The notes beneath the pieces were generated by a model, which was not told where the DNA came from, did not search any database, and saw only the letters and a program-made list of their open reading frames with translations. Below, piece after piece: positions 25,126 to 39,319 of a stretch of DNA of 64,000 bases (the stretch's first letter is position 1; each line of letters begins with the position of its first letter). A program made the position numbers and the translations under genes. Origin of the DNA: Chiloscyllium plagiosum (Eukaryota); NCBI RefSeq assembly GCF_004010195.1, contig NC_057734.1, forward strand, positions 9,655,441 to 9,719,440. Direction: 5' to 3'.

Positions 25126-28100
25126 TTTTCTGCCTAACTTCAGGAAAAATCAATGCATATCCCATGGAGTAAAGGCCTTGACAACCGAGAACAGGGATTC
25201 CCTTTCAACTTGGCCACTGTGTGACAAGTGGACTAGGCACCCATGTTCACGTAGAATCCTGCCAGATTTGTCAGATGGAAAGCAATGATTACCATACCCA
25301 CCCTGTCTCACTATTTCATCCGAGGTGTTCTGTGGGAGATTGCATGAAGCTGGTGGAAACTCCCTTACCATCCTCCATCTGTGAATCCTACCATCTCTTT
25401 ATATTCAGATGACGAGATAGTCAAAGTATTGGTTTGACCATCACATCACAAAAACAGTACCTCCAACAGTGCATGGTTTGCGTGAATAGCTCAGAGGACA
25501 GTGGCATAGCTTCACAGTACCAGGAAGTACCCAAGTTCAATTCTGGCCTTGGGTGACTGTTGTGTGGAGTTAGTACATTCTTCCTGTGTCTGCATAGGTT
25601 TTCATCAGATGCTCCAGTGTCTAAAGTTGCGTAGGTTAGGTTGGTTGGCTGGCTGTGATAAATTATCCATAGTGTCCAGGGATGTGTAGGCTAAGTGGAA
25701 TAGCCGTGATAAATCTGGATTATGGGGTAGGCAGCTAGGTCTGGCTAGGATGCTCTTCAGAGGGTCAGTACTGACTTGATGAGCTGCATGACCCCTTTCT
25801 GCAATTCTTGATGAAGGGCTTACGCCCGAAACACACTCTTGCTCCTCGGATGCTGCCTGACCTGCTGCACTTTTCCAACACCACAGCTTTAGGTAATGTA
25901 GGGATTTTACGATAGTAAAAGCTCACCTGGTCCAAGGCAAGTGGAATCAAAAATTGGCTTAATAATAGGAAGCAGCGAGTAATGTTGAAGGTTGTAGTGA
26001 CAAAGCTGGTGTCTGATGGAATACTACTTGATTTAGTGCTGGGTCCCTTGCTGTCTGTAGTGCACATTAAATGATCGGAGCACAAATATAGGATGCTTGA
26101 CAAGTGAGTTTGCAGATGACATGAACATTGACAGCATGGTAAATAGTAAGGATGAAAGTCTTAGCCTACAATATATATTGGTCGGATGTGAAAAAGGAGT
26201 GGTAAATGGAATTTTATTCAGAAATTATGAGACGATGAATTTTGGGAGGATTGATAATGATGTCTCTGGGTGATAATATCAGGTTCAGCATAGAACTGAA
26301 TGCCATCAGGACAAATCTTAACACCGTTTCTCTTGATCCCTCCACTGTCACACTTCCTGCCAACATGCAGTAGCTGGAAATTCTTGCTCATCCAGTAAAC
26401 ATAGAGAAGACTTTAATTGAAACTATTGTCTTTTATTCGTTAATCGAAAGAGCAAAGGGGAAAAAAACTTCACAGAACTCTTTCCCACCCTGCCTCAGAA
26501 CATTTCCTCATCCATGGCATTGTTACCTCCATTCTTTTAAAAGAAAAAAGTTAATTCCTTCTGCACCTCCTCCATCAAACACTCCCAAAGCAGATACAGC
26601 CCAGGGTTAGATAGTAAAGACCCCTCTATTCATTTGAACAGAAAGTAAAACCCACTGCAATCTTTCAGACTAAAGGTAACTGAAAAGTAAAGCTCCTTCC
26701 ACTCTTTACTCCCCACTTAAAAGTTCCATTGATATTGTCCCCCCCAAAACTCCCAGGACAGAGACATGTTACTTCTAGTCTGGACTATCCAACATATTCC
26801 AAGATTAGGTCTCACCTTCCAGTTTACATAGACTTGTGCTCATCCAGTCTCTGCAGTCCATATCCACTAAGTTTTCACGAATCACTTTTGTGCTAGCAGA
26901 GTTATATTAGACAAGCAGGAGGCTGGGAGAACGCAGTGAGCCAGGCAGCATCAGGGAGGTGGAGAAGTCAACATTTTGGGTGTAACCCTTTTTCAGGACT
27001 GGGGGTGGGTGTAAGGGGAGCTGCAGATAAAGGGGGTGGGGGGGCAGGGTGGTAAGGTGGGGATGGGTGAAGACAGGTAGAGGGTATGACCTGGTTGGTC
27101 AACACGTTAGTCTCTAGCTGAGTTATGTTAGTTCTCAGTGCAACAATACCTCAAATGCAATACCCACTTACCTGTTTGGAACAACCTCCATGGTCTTACC
27201 CTTAAAACCAAAGTCTCTGCATTCCTCCAATTCTGGCATCGTACACTTTGATCTCTGCACAACTGGCAACTGTGCTTTCGTGTGCCTCGATTGTAAGCTC
27301 AGACTTAAATATTTACAGCACAAAAGGAAGCCATTCAGCCCATTGTGCGCTTACCCACAAATATCTGACTAAACAGGCCCCATTTTCTATTTCTTAGCCC
27401 ATAGCCCGGAGGGAAACAAAGGAATATCTGAATACTGCTTAAAATGTTGGAGAATTTCTGACTCAACCACCCTTTCAGGCAGTAAGTTCTAGACTACAAC
27501 CACCCTCAGAGAAAAGTAGTTCTCAATTCTCAGCTTAGCTTTCTACCTCTTCTCCCACTATGGTTATTGACTCTTCTACCAGTGGATAGAGTGACTTTCC
27601 TATCCACCATAACTTTGCAACACAAATTGCTAACCTGAAATGGCTGTGCCAGGGCTATTTGAAATTTACAGTGCAAATTTACCTTTTTTTGGACTCTGGA
27701 TAATTGTTGGTGAATCCCATTTGAGAAGAGTGCTGCAATTTTATAGCAATTTGCAACTCCATGTTTTCCTGGTCACAAATTGCCAGGCTTTCCATACACA
27801 TAATAGGCAGTGCTGTGCTCATCATTATTTTTCTGACAACTGTAAACTCTGAACGGTAAATTTATTTTTAATGACCAATTACTTGAAGAGTCAAATTATT
27901 GCTCACCATAAACTGGAAGAACCAGTCAAACAGCAGAACTGTCAGCAAACTTCGATAAGGCATCAGATTGTAGATTCATGACTAGGGAACAGCAGGTGGA
28001 AGCAGGAGGTCACTACAAATTGATAGCAAACTGGTTACAGCAAATTAAAAGAATATTTGAGGGAGAAAGGAAGAGAGTTAGGTGAAGATAGAGAAACTTT

Positions 28101-29383
28101 CTGTTCAGCAAAAACACCATCAGCATTTCATTGGATTAAATGCCACATTTGTGTTATAAATGTTATGCAAATTAGCAGCATCTACCCACCCACCTACTTA
28201 ATAACCAGAGGCACTTCCATCCTGAAGTGCCTCTGGTATATTTTGATTCTTTGCTGTTGTTATGGGAACAGTTATTTAAGGATAGAGATTTCCTGATAAA
28301 ACCTGGGATATGCACACAGAATGGCACAGAGCAAGAAACTTAAAGCTATGCTTTCTGGGAAATCCTGGAGGTTAAAAAACAAGTTGACAGCTTCTTGTTA
28401 TTGCAAGCATCGCTAGAAAGGAAAGACAGATTGTTAAAATATTGGCATCATTGCCTGAATTTATTGACATGTGGCAGCAGTTGAGTAATCTCAAGCTATT
28501 TTCCAAAAAAAAAACTTACTTTTGACCATTTTGAGGTTTATATGGCTGTGGGAAGTGGAAGGGGCTAGGTCATTATAGAGTGGGCAGTACAGAGAGAGAC
28601 AGTTTTGATGTTAGTCAAGGGTTATTGTTCACTGGGCTAGCTAATTCATACCTCAAAACAAATATTTTCTTCTGGTTGTGGTAATCCAAAGTAACAATAT
28701 ATAATCCCTTACTATAACCTCTGACCTATGGCTCACTGGTGGTACTCACTTCTCAGGAAGAGGAAGTTGGGTGTTGGTGCCTCGCTTCAGTGACCAGAGC
28801 ATAATTAGATCAATATTTCAGTTGCATTATCAGAGGTGGTGCCTTTTGGATGAGATACTGAATAGAGACACCATGGATAATGACGACAACGACCATTCTA
28901 CAATAACGTACTCCAAGACCAAGAGATCTCTCAGCATTTAATTCTCAAGCAACCTTTAAATCCTCAATCAATATTACACAAAGCAGCTTGTCCTTTATCA
29001 CGTGCACATTTGAAACCAGACTTGAAACATTCAGCTTCTTTATTATCTTAGCCCAAGATATCATGGCAGCAGCTCCTCAGGGTAGCATTCTCAACCTAAA
29101 CATCTTCAGCTGTATTAATGAACTCCCCTCCAAAAATGGTAATTGCACAGAATGTCCAGCAGAATTCTTGATTTCTCAGATGCTGATGCATGTATCTGTA
29201 TGCAACAAGACCTGGACAACATTGAGGCTTGTGCTGCTAAGTGGCAAATAACATTTATGTCACACAAATGATGAGCATTGACCATCTCCAACTACAGGGT
29301 ATGACCATTATCCCTCAACATTCACTGAATTCTGTCCCCACTAGCTCAACAACTCAACATCCCAGGTGTTAACCAGAAATTGA

Positions 29384-29580
29384 GGAGAAAGTGAGGACTG
29401 CAGATGCTGGAGATCAGAGCTGAAAATGTGTTGCTGGAAAAGCGCAGGTGAGGCAGCATCCAAGGAATAGGAGAATCGACGTTTCGGGCATAAGCCCTTC
29501 GCTTATGCCCGAAATGTCAATTCTCCTGTTCCATGGATGCTGCCTGACCTGCTGCGCTTTTCCAGCAACACATTTTCAGC
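29384..29580. mobile_element. Fold-back Penelope-tail element inserted in an old LINE, 15-bp TSD with 2 mismatches
   Basis: Inverted arms with central deletion; TTAACCAGAAATTGA (29369-29383) versus TTGACCTGAAATTGA (29582-29596). Confidence 0.8.
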
Positions 29581-30270
29581 ATTGACCTGAAATTGAACTG
29601 GGACCCACAGTATTTATTATGGCTGTGGTCAAGAGCCAGAGATTAGTAATACTACAGCAAGCAATTCACTTGACTCCATTTACCATGTACATCAGCTACA
29701 AAAGCACAAGTCAAGAATATAATGGAATACTTCCTACATGGCTGAAGAAGAGTGCAGCTTCAACAACACTCAAATTCAACACCATCTAGAACAAAAGGAG
29801 AATGGGAGGACTGCAGATGCTGGAGATCAGAGTTAAGAGAGTGGTGCTGGAAAAGCATAGCATGTCAGGCAGCATCCGAGGAGCAGGAGAATCGATGTTT
29901 TGGGCATAGCCCTTCATCAGGAATGAGGCTTGTGGGCCAGGGGGCCAAGAGATAAATGAGAGGTGGGTAGGGTTGCAGGGCAGGGATGGTAGTATAGAAA
30001 GCGATAGGTAGGTGAAGGTAAGGGAGAAGGTGAATTACAAAGTTAATATTTGATGCATCAAGTCATATTACCCAAATATTGTACCAATCTGGGTGATTAT
30101 AGTATTTCTGTCCCCACTAACCATCTAAAAATTAATGATATCACAAGCAACATAACCATTCCAACCATTTCAGTTCTAAAATGTTAGACATTTATTAATA
30201 CTGTGTACACTTACTGAACAAGTGATTAAAGACAGGAAAGTATAAATGATTTTTAAAAAAAAAATAAAAG

Positions 30271-30276
30271 TTTATT
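30271..30276 (-). terminator. Candidate DGCR6 polyadenylation signal (AATAAA), giving a ~1 kb 3' UTR
   Basis: tttatt on the plus strand, followed on the minus strand by a T-rich stretch, at the end of an AT-rich repeat-free segment downstream of the stop codon. Confidence 0.45.
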
Positions 30277-31278
30277 CATTGAGAAAAATGTTCAAATTAT
30301 TGAAAACTTTGAGAATCTTACAGATCGAAAACAAACCAAGTTAAAAATATACAACACTAATGAGCCAAGATGCTTTCCCAATTTAAACTGAAAAAGTTAA
30401 GAGTGTAGTAGCTGAATAAACAACCTTGGTAAGCCAGTCAGACTTGCCTGTAGGAATTTTATACAATCGTCCCCACTATATTACAGGTCATTATCTAGAT
30501 TTATAAATAGATTATTTCACATAGCATTGAGACACTTACTCCATTTCAAGTATATCAAGTAAATGCCAATTGAAAGCAAAAAAGATTCCCATCTGCTAAA
30601 AGTGTGTAACATTGATATCAATATTCAAGCTTTTTAAACAAAGATCACAATTTCTCTGTGAACCCACCATAACAAAAATAAGCTACTGGAAGTGGAATCT
30701 GCAGCCTCTCACTTGTCAGCATTTCATTTTCTTGCATTTGCTTTCCTTTCGCTAGATTTTCTGCTTATACAACATGCACAGTTCGGTCACACTAATTCAC
30801 ATGATTCCTTTATGTCAACTTGCATAACAAAAATAAATTGGATAAAAGATGTTCTTTGATACCAGTATCAGTTTTACCACTCAGTCACATTCCAAGATAA
30901 ACATGGTAATATTACAGGAAGCTCTGTAAGTAGACGGTACCAATTACACAATTCACTTTCCAAAAACCTGAGTGTCGAAAGATGAGCAGATTTAATATGG
31001 AGCATTTGAACCAAAATAAAGTACAACTGCAATGTGTTTTGTATTCCTCTCCTTGTGCACATGTAATGTATAATGATTTGGCATCTGAATAAAAGTTGAA
31101 ATTTACAGACATCTTATCATATAACCAGAGTTAGAGTCAGGAGTTCCTGTATAAATAGCACTTAGCAAACCTTTAGTATCGATTGTTCTGGCTTGTCATT
31201 TCAAATCTAGGGGTTGCTGAACGTTTATTAGATGATGAACTGACCACTTCTTGGATTTAAATCCAATGACATACTACA

Positions 31279-31356
31279 TCAGCAACTCCCCGATTCACAT
31301 ACTTTCTGCTGCATTTTTAAGATCAGTTCCAACAAATTCATCTGTAAGGTCAGTTC
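31279..31356 (-). CDS. DGCR6: DGCR6 last coding exon (78 nt including stop)
   Basis: tattttacag acceptor, then ELTLQMNLLELILKMQQKVCESGSC*. Total spliced CDS is 591 nt (196 aa). Confidence 0.9.
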   Translation of the reverse strand, partial: ELTLQMNLLELILKMQQKVCESGSC

Positions 31357-33320
31357 CTGTAAAATACAGAAACAAAACCATTTAGAACTTGGACCACTAA
31401 AAGCTTTGCCAAATATCCAGCAAGGCCACAACGTCCTGTCATTGATAATGTGCCACAACTGGCAGAAACTTGCAATGCTGATTGTTTTGATCTCGAGGGG
31501 AGGCAAGTTTGTGGACAAAAACAGCCAATATGATGCTTTCAAAAAAACCTGCAAAAATGTAAATTTGCACTGGATATAACTTACACTTGAAATTTGTTAA
31601 TCTTATGCTAGTTTGGCTAATTTCTGGTGAATTGTTCCAAAATTAATCATAAATACTCCAGTGAGTCTCTGATTTGGGGAAAATGTCCTTCCTGCAGTTA
31701 GGAAGCAAAGTTCTACATACTTTTAAAAATGTAATGCAACTTATTTTGGTAGGAAGAATGAGGAGGTCACGTATTCTTTGACAAGCAAGTACCTAAATGG
31801 GGTAGAGGTAGGAGGGGGAGCAAGGGCACAGTTACACAAATCACTAAAGTAGTGATAAGGCTAATAAGGCCATTAAGAAAAATAAAATCACTGTGGTTAA
31901 TGTCCACAAGGACAATTGAAAATCAATTTAAAATTTGAATAGAAGCTCAGTTAGACTATGAATACACTGATCACTTCTGGTCCCTATATTTTAAAAACAA
32001 AATGGCACTGAGGTGGCTCAAACAAAACCAACATGAGAACTGAGTGATTACTTCCCATGTAGAAGATGTTGCGAGACAGGCTCTTTCCCTTCCAAAAACC
32101 AAAGAGTGAGGGATGGCCAGATACAGTCCTAAAAATTATGACAGCAGAAGACGTTGAGGGTGGGATCAGATGCTGGGGTCATAAGATAACAGTCAGTAAA
32201 TATGGAAGTCCTTTCCTATTACCTGTTTCAAATTGAAAGTAAAGTTAATATTGTACAAGTATCCCACTAAAACACTGCTTTTGTTGGCTCCTAACAACCA
32301 ATGCCACAAGCACCTATTCAAACATTGGCCTGACTACAGTAGACAGCTCTCACGTAACATGAACCTGGATATTCATAGATACTTTCCACATCTTCATTCA
32401 GGGGATGCAGGCTTTGCTAGTCAGGTCATCATTTATTGCCTGAGAAGGTGGTGGTGAGCTACTTCATGAACCATTGTAGCTCATCGGATCAAGAATCCCC
32501 ATAATGCTGTTAGGGAGGGAGTTCATGGATTTTGATCCAATGACAGCCAATGATACACAGTGATATATTTCCAAGTCAGGATGGCGACTGGCTTGGAAGG
32601 GAATTGCAGGTTCCCTTGTATCTGTTGCCCTTGCCCTTCTAGGTTATACAGGTCATGGGTTTGGATCTGACGAAGGGGAAGCTGATCTGACTAAGGGGAA
32701 GCAGACCAGCTAAGCTATTTAGAGAGTCTCCCTGTGCTTCCAAAGGTTTCTCAACAGTAAGAAGAAAGTGTAATCTATGGCATATTTTTCTCCCTTCCTA
32801 AGAGGGGAATGGGACCAATCATAACATCAATACTTTCAATCAGTTCAGCAGGGTAGTCATTAAACCCAGGGCCTTTGAGCCCAACCATTTACAGCATAGG
32901 ATAAACTCTCAGCCAACGGGAAAGCAGAGTAACAGTGATAGTGCGGTTTTAAAAATTCACAAAACATGAATATGAATAGATTACATACACACACGAGCAC
33001 ATTTTATTGTACTATTGCTGACAGCAAGCCTATGAATAATCAGTCCTAGTAACATCATCAAGCTCTGGATAACAAGCTTCTCAGCAAGAATGCTCTTTGT
33101 CCTGTTTGAGAGTTGTCTTCTCACCACCTGTTATCCAAATACACAAGTTAACAGTACAATATTGACAGACTTTTGGAGAGCAACTCAGGCTTGGAAGTCT
33201 AGAAGTAAATGTTTTTTTTTAAAAAACATAAAACCCATTAACATTAAGTGTAATTGGTAAGCAAAGAAAAGTGACCCAAAAAGTAAAGATTATACTAAAC
33301 ATCTTTGAGAGGGGAGTCAC

Positions 33321-33461
33321 CTGAGGGTTTGTAGTAATGTAGAATCCTGGAACACCAGCCTTCTCCAGGGTGTTCTGCTGGTCAATCACTTTCTGATCTA
33401 GCTCCAAGACTATCTTCTCATCCATCATCCTTTGCTCATCCTTAACTCTCTGCTCCAAAGC
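33321..33461 (-). CDS. DGCR6: DGCR6 coding exon 4 (141 nt)
   Basis: [47 protein letters not shown]; poly-T acceptor, CAG|GTGACT donor. Confidence 0.95.
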
Positions 33462-33955
33462 CTAGCGAGGAAAGAAAAAAAAAAAGTGTTATAGAGCTCA
33501 AGCCTGTTTGGGTTAAAAGACAAGAGAAAAGAAAAAAAAAGAAAATCACTAGCTCAGTTCTAAATTTTACAGCAATGGCAAAGGAATGTAATTGCTAAAA
33601 AAATACAAAAACAATTAAGTATTGCAAACCCAAGCCTTTGTTCGTTTAACCTTATTAAGTTTTGAATGCAGGAGAAAAGTCACGTTTGTCTATTTCCCTG
33701 ACAACAGTCAGACTACCCGTCAGCACTAGTAGAGGTCTGAAGTAAATTTCAGACTGAAGACAGCTCTCTCGTCATGACAACTTGAAATCAATAAGTGACC
33801 AAAATTTAACAAGTGAAACATATCCAATATAGTTCAACACTTAAGAATTAGCCTCTGAATGTTAGCTCATCTTGTACAAAAACATTAGACAAATCTAAAA
33901 AGCTTGGAGAAAGGATTAAAGCCATTGCAAAAGCAGGTTAACTCAAATCTTTTAC

Positions 33956-34056
33956 CTCAAGCTCCCTTTGCTGTGCTGCACGGAGCACTGCCATGTTGTG
34001 GGTCTTGCAGCTCTGTAGTGCCTCCTTGTGTTTTTTCAGCAACTCCTGTTTAAGCG
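33956..34056 (-). CDS. DGCR6: DGCR6 coding exon 3 (101 nt)
   Basis: ALKQELLKKHKEALQSCKTHNMAVLRAAQQRELE; acceptor ttcttaaag, donor GAG|GTAAAA; phases fit neighbouring exons. Confidence 0.9.
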
Positions 34057-35746
34057 CTTTAAGAAAATTTATTTTGTATTTTTTTCTTGAAGGAAATTTC
34101 ATCAAGAAATACAATATTTTGGCAGAACTGCTCCCCCCTCTCCCCTGCCAAAGGGACTGTGCTGTGCCAAAGGGACTGTGCTGGTTTCCAGATCAACTTG
34201 CAAACTATGAACCTTTCCTTACTAAAAGCAGTGTACCAGCTGTTTTGATGTCAAGTTCTATAATGGTTCTGTGAAGTGCATTGCAATAAGAATATTTCAC
34301 TATGTAAAATGCATGTTACTAGAGTTTTAAATTTGTAATAAATAGCAGAGACGTTAGAAATCATCATTTTCTCCCTGTTATAGGTTTTCTAAGTGAGTTG
34401 CTGCCAATCTGTTCACATTTGCTATCAACAAGGACCTCTTGCATGTGATGGCATTGTGCAATATCACTGAACTAGACCAGTAATCCAGAGGTCCAGGCTA
34501 ATGCCTTATGGATACATGTTCAAACCCATCATTTGGATTTAAATTCAGTTAAGAATCCTAGAATAATTCTGGTAACGTCTTTGGACTAGTAAACCAGAAT
34601 ACCTAACCAGTGCCCAGGGTTCAAGTCCCACCAAGGCATATAGTGAAATCAGAATCCAATAAATGGATCTGGAATTAAAAGTCATCTTCATGGTGACCAT
34701 GTAACCACTGTCAATGGTAGTAAAAACAGTAATGACCTTTAGGAAGGAAATCTGCCATCTTTGTGTTGTTTGGCCTGCATGCAATTCCAGACCCACAGCT
34801 GGTTGGCTTTTAAATATGCAGAGACCCTTCTTCAGAACCATGTCTGTCAAATCTGCTGAGTTTCTCCAGCAATTTCAGTTTCATTAAACAAAAAAGATAA
34901 TCATTGTTGGTCATGAAAATCTATATCTGGTTCACTAGTGTACTTAAGGGAAGGAAATTTGTTCTTGGCTCACCTGACTTACCTGCAAATTCTCAAAACG
35001 TGCCATGAAGTGGCCTAGCCAGCTACATATTTCAGGGGCAACAAAAAGAAACTAATTTTAGTCCTACTATACAGAATATATTAAAATAAACAAATAGTAA
35101 TGCTAATAGTTCGCTGGGTTTTTTTTGTGGTGCAGTGGGTAGCGTCTCTGCCTTTGAAAGGGAGCATCTCGGCTCAAATTTCACTTCAGGATTTGACAGT
35201 AAAGGATGGTCGATTAATAATGCCACCAAACAAGATAATGTTAGCATCACTGTCTACAGCTCGAGGCTACAAGGAGTGCTAAAACACACGTTGTCACAGC
35301 AACAAAAACACCTCAAGGAACTGGTTGGCTAAGTTGGCTATGCTGTCAGCATGGGAAAGGTCAGTGCCAACTACATAGCATTCATTCTCCAGCTGTGGAG
35401 GATTTGGGATCTGTTTCTTCACCCTACACATTGTTGTTGGCCTGTAGGTCAGCCCAGCCTTCAGGCAACTTAAAATAAATATTGGTTCCTGCACCACAAT
35501 GCAGAAGTAGTAAACAGTAAAACCTGCTTATCAAATAACATATACTGGCGAATTCAAAATGCAGAACCACTACATTTAATTACATTTTTTTTTGAAAATC
35601 TGTTTTCTTTCCCCTGGGTAGTCATTTCTGCCAAAGATATTTACTGTGTTTAAGCAGAATCATTTGAGAACAAATGTAAATGCCTCCTCCCCTTTCCATC
35701 TGTTAAAAGTTCAATTTTCAATCTGGGACATCCACAAGCATGCTAC

Positions 35747-35907
35747 CTCTGTGCTCACTGTGCAGTTTTAGACGCTGGTTGTAGAGATTTTTCTCAGTGA
35801 GGTGCTGAATCTCGAGCAAACCCTGTACAATCTCAAAGACAGTGCCATCAATCAAAGCCAAGGCCAGATTACTTAGTGTATCGTAGGATAATCGCTGCTG
35901 GCATGAG
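35747..35907 (-). CDS. DGCR6: DGCR6 coding exon 2 (161 nt)
   Basis: [53 protein letters not shown], the conserved DGCR6/gonadal motif; AG/GT boundaries in consistent phase. Confidence 0.95.
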
Positions 35908-36358
35908 CTAAAAATAGAAAGAAAAAAGCTAAACATTTAAACACAGTCAGGATGCATGGGAAAAAAAACAAAGAACACTTCAGGCAAACTTTTCATCCTA
36001 GCTTACAAAAGTACAGATAAAAGAGACTTAAAATGGTTAAAACCATGAGTCAACCAGACAGTTAATGGAATGATCTTTTAAACACTTCATAGAAACAGAT
36101 TAAATGGACAAATTGGTGGTAACTTGTGACAGTAGGAGACAATAATACATGTATTAAAAATAAGTGTGAATTTTCTTCTCATTATCATTGTTCTATCCTT
36201 TTTAAAATACTACTCACCTGTAGATCCCTACAGTATGGAAATGGGCCATTTAGCCCATCCAGTCAACATCGACCCCCCTTCCCCACAAAGACCATCCCAT
36301 CTAGACCCACCCTAGTACCCTATCCCTGTCACCCTGCATTCCCCATGGCTAATTTACC

Positions 36359-36617
36359 CCAAGGAAAAAGGCTGTCACTATCCAATCCTCTGATCATCTT
36401 GTATGTCTCTATTAAGTCACCTTTCAACCTTCTCTCTAATGACCTCCAGTCCCTCAGCCCTTCCTTCCATACCTGGCAATATCTGGGTAAATCTCCTCTG
36501 CACCTTTCCAATGCTTCTGCCACCTTGCTATCGTATTTGTGCATTATTGGAAATCTAGTAGCTTTTCTGGTTTGAAATAGGTGATTGTATCTAAAAATCA
36601 AATCTAATTTGGTATCC
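36359..36617 (-). repeat. 259-bp inverted copy of 37574-37832, flanked by a 57-bp direct repeat (36302-36358, 36671-36727)
   Basis: Reverse-complement match with about 2 substitutions; mirrored ORFs 36329..36601(-) and 37551..37865(+) in the track. Confidence 0.95.
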
Positions 36618-39209
36618 CTCCCAGATCCCTTTGTGCTTTGGCTTTATTAATTTTCTCACCATTCAGAAAGTAGACCCACCCTAGTACCCTATCCCTGTCA
36701 CCCTGCATTCCCCATGGCTAATTTACCTACACATCTCTGGACACTATGGGCATAATTCAAAGATGTGCAAGTTAAGTGGGTTGGTTAAGAGTGGAAACTG
36801 GAATACTCAGGAGGAAATCCATTCAGAAGCAGGCAGAATGTGTCAAGCTTGCTCAATCAATCAATCAGTTGCCCATGGAACCCAGATGCTGTGAGGCAGC
36901 AGTGACAGCCACTAGCCCCTATTGACAGTGGTTGTCCTGGAATGGGAACTTTTTCCTGTTAATTAAAAAAGACTAGCTGTTGCTGCCATCAAATGGCAAA
37001 TCAAAAACAATATCCAATTGTTTTTCATGGAGAGCTACAATGAAAAAAATTCAAAAAACCAAATAGATATTGTTTTTGTACAAAACATTTCAGACTGTGG
37101 TGCCCAACGTTCAAACAAGACCTCAAGCAGGATAACAGTCGCCACTTGCTCCTAAAGGATTATCTGGGCACAGAAAATGCTGCAGAATATAGACAGGCAA
37201 CCAGAGTAATCACCACAACAGCTTACACCCGAGCAGCTGGTAGACACTTTGGTTGGGCCCAGAGCACACTCGACAGGCATCTCTAGCCCTGCCTAAAGTC
37301 CTATACTGAAAAGTACGAGACTGGAGTGCAGCCATTTGATACATATATCCCTCATTAATGAAACATAGGTGCAGAGCTGGACCATGGACAGATGCACACT
37401 ACAAAAGTTACAGGCAGCTTGGGAGTTAATGAAGTTACTTCAAATCTTTTCGACCGAATTGCCCTATGCAATACTTCCACTAAAAGTACAGTGGATGCTT
37501 CCAGCAATTGATCATCAGCCACATCTCATTATTGGATTCAATATCAGAGAGTGGAGAATGCAGTTTTACTCAAGGATACCAAATTAGATTTGATTTTTAG
37601 ATACAATCACCTATTTCAAACCAGAAAAGCTACTAGATTTCCAATAATGCACAATTACGATAGGAAGGTGGCAGAAGCATTGGAAAGGTGCAGAGGAGAT
37701 TTACCCAGATATTGCCAGGTATGGAAGGAAGGGCTGAGGGACTGGAGGTCATTAGAGAGAAGGTTGAAAGGTGACTTAATAGAGACATACAAGATGATCA
37801 GAGGATTGGATAGTGACAGCCTTTTTCCTTGGATAGTGATGCCTAGCATGAGGGGACAGCTTTAAATTGAGGGGTGATAGATATAGGAGAAATGTCAGAG
37901 GTAGGTTCTTTACTCAGAGTAGTAAGGCCATGAATGATAATAGAATAGTAGAAGTTAGATGGGCTTCAAATGGATTTCACAAGTCGGGTGCAGCACTGAG
38001 GGCTGAAGGGCCTGTACTGCGCTGTAATGTTCTTTGAGAACAAAAATTTGCATCCTTCAACGATTCATGTATTGTGCTCACGAGATGGTGAGGATATAGA
38101 AGTAGAAAAGAAGTAACTTCCCTGTTGTCCACATGCAATAAGAAATGGAAAGATTTGATTACTGAACAGATTCTTTTTTTTAAAAAAGAAATTGCAAAAG
38201 GGATATTTTTTGTTGAACTGATCCAAGGTTGCATTTTGTTAGTTGGGAGCAGCTTTTATTGCCCATTTCTATTGGTCATTACATGTGCTTTCAAATTAGT
38301 GACAACTAAGCCTTAACTTTAAAATGAACTGCATGATGGGACAAGAGATGATATTTATCAACAGTTAAGGATATGAGACAGGATTCAAAAATACAGAGCT
38401 GGAGATTTCCAAATAGAAGTATGGACATTAAAAAAATCAGAGCCTTTAAAACTCTTGCACAACCTCATCTCAATTTTTAAAAAAAAATGTTAAATTCATA
38501 GGATATGGTCTTTGCTGGTTGGGCCAATAGTTAATGTCCATCCCTTATTGCCCTTGAAGGTGGTGGCAAGTTGCGTTCTTAAGTCACTGCAGACTATTTG
38601 GTGCTGTACATATACCCACAATATTTTAGTCAATGAAGGGCACTTGACAAGGCAAATATTTTGTGCAGAGCAAAATCCCAGAAACAACAATGTAATATTG
38701 ACCAGACAATTTGTTGCGATGTTGATTGGAGGATAAAATATTGGCTTGTGCACTGGGATAATTCCCTTGTTGATATTTAAAATAATGCCAAAGTGATTTT
38801 TTGTCTACCTAAAAGGACAGACAAGGCATTGGTTTAACAGCTCATCTGAAATATTGCATCTCCAACAAAGCAGTGCCCTCTTATTACTACACTGATGCTT
38901 CAACTTTGTTTTATTTAAATTTTGTGCTCTAAGACCTCAATGCATAAATCGAATTACCAGTTCTATGTTTTACTGGCCATTTTAAATGGAAGCAGCTGAA
39001 ATGTATAAATCACGTAAAAAATACAGATTAAAGGGATGAGGATTTAGACTTATTATACATGTTTATCACTCAGATTTTCAAATAATCGGTAGACTAGCTT
39101 AAGAGAGTCACAGCATTCAAGTCCCCACCTGCTCCAGAGGTGAGTCGTAGCATTTCTGAACAGGTTGATCAAACATATCTAGAAATGTTTCAATTCACTG
39201 AGTTGCTAC

Positions 39210-39319
39210 CTTGATAGGTCTTTGACCAGGCTCTGCAGCTGAGAGAGAAGATGATAATGCTGTTCCTGCTGCTTAGCAATATCCGCTGGCTCTTTATATA
39301 CCTCTACAGTTTTATTCAT
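39210..39319 (-). CDS. DGCR6: DGCR6 coding exon 1 (110 nt; an in-frame upstream ATG at 39334 is an alternative start)
   Basis: MNKTVEVYKEPADIAKQQEQHYHLLSQLQSLVKDLS resembles the DGCR6 N-terminus (QQERHYQLLS.LQSLVKELP). Acceptor tgttttag precedes 39390; donor AG|GTAGCA. Confidence 0.85.
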
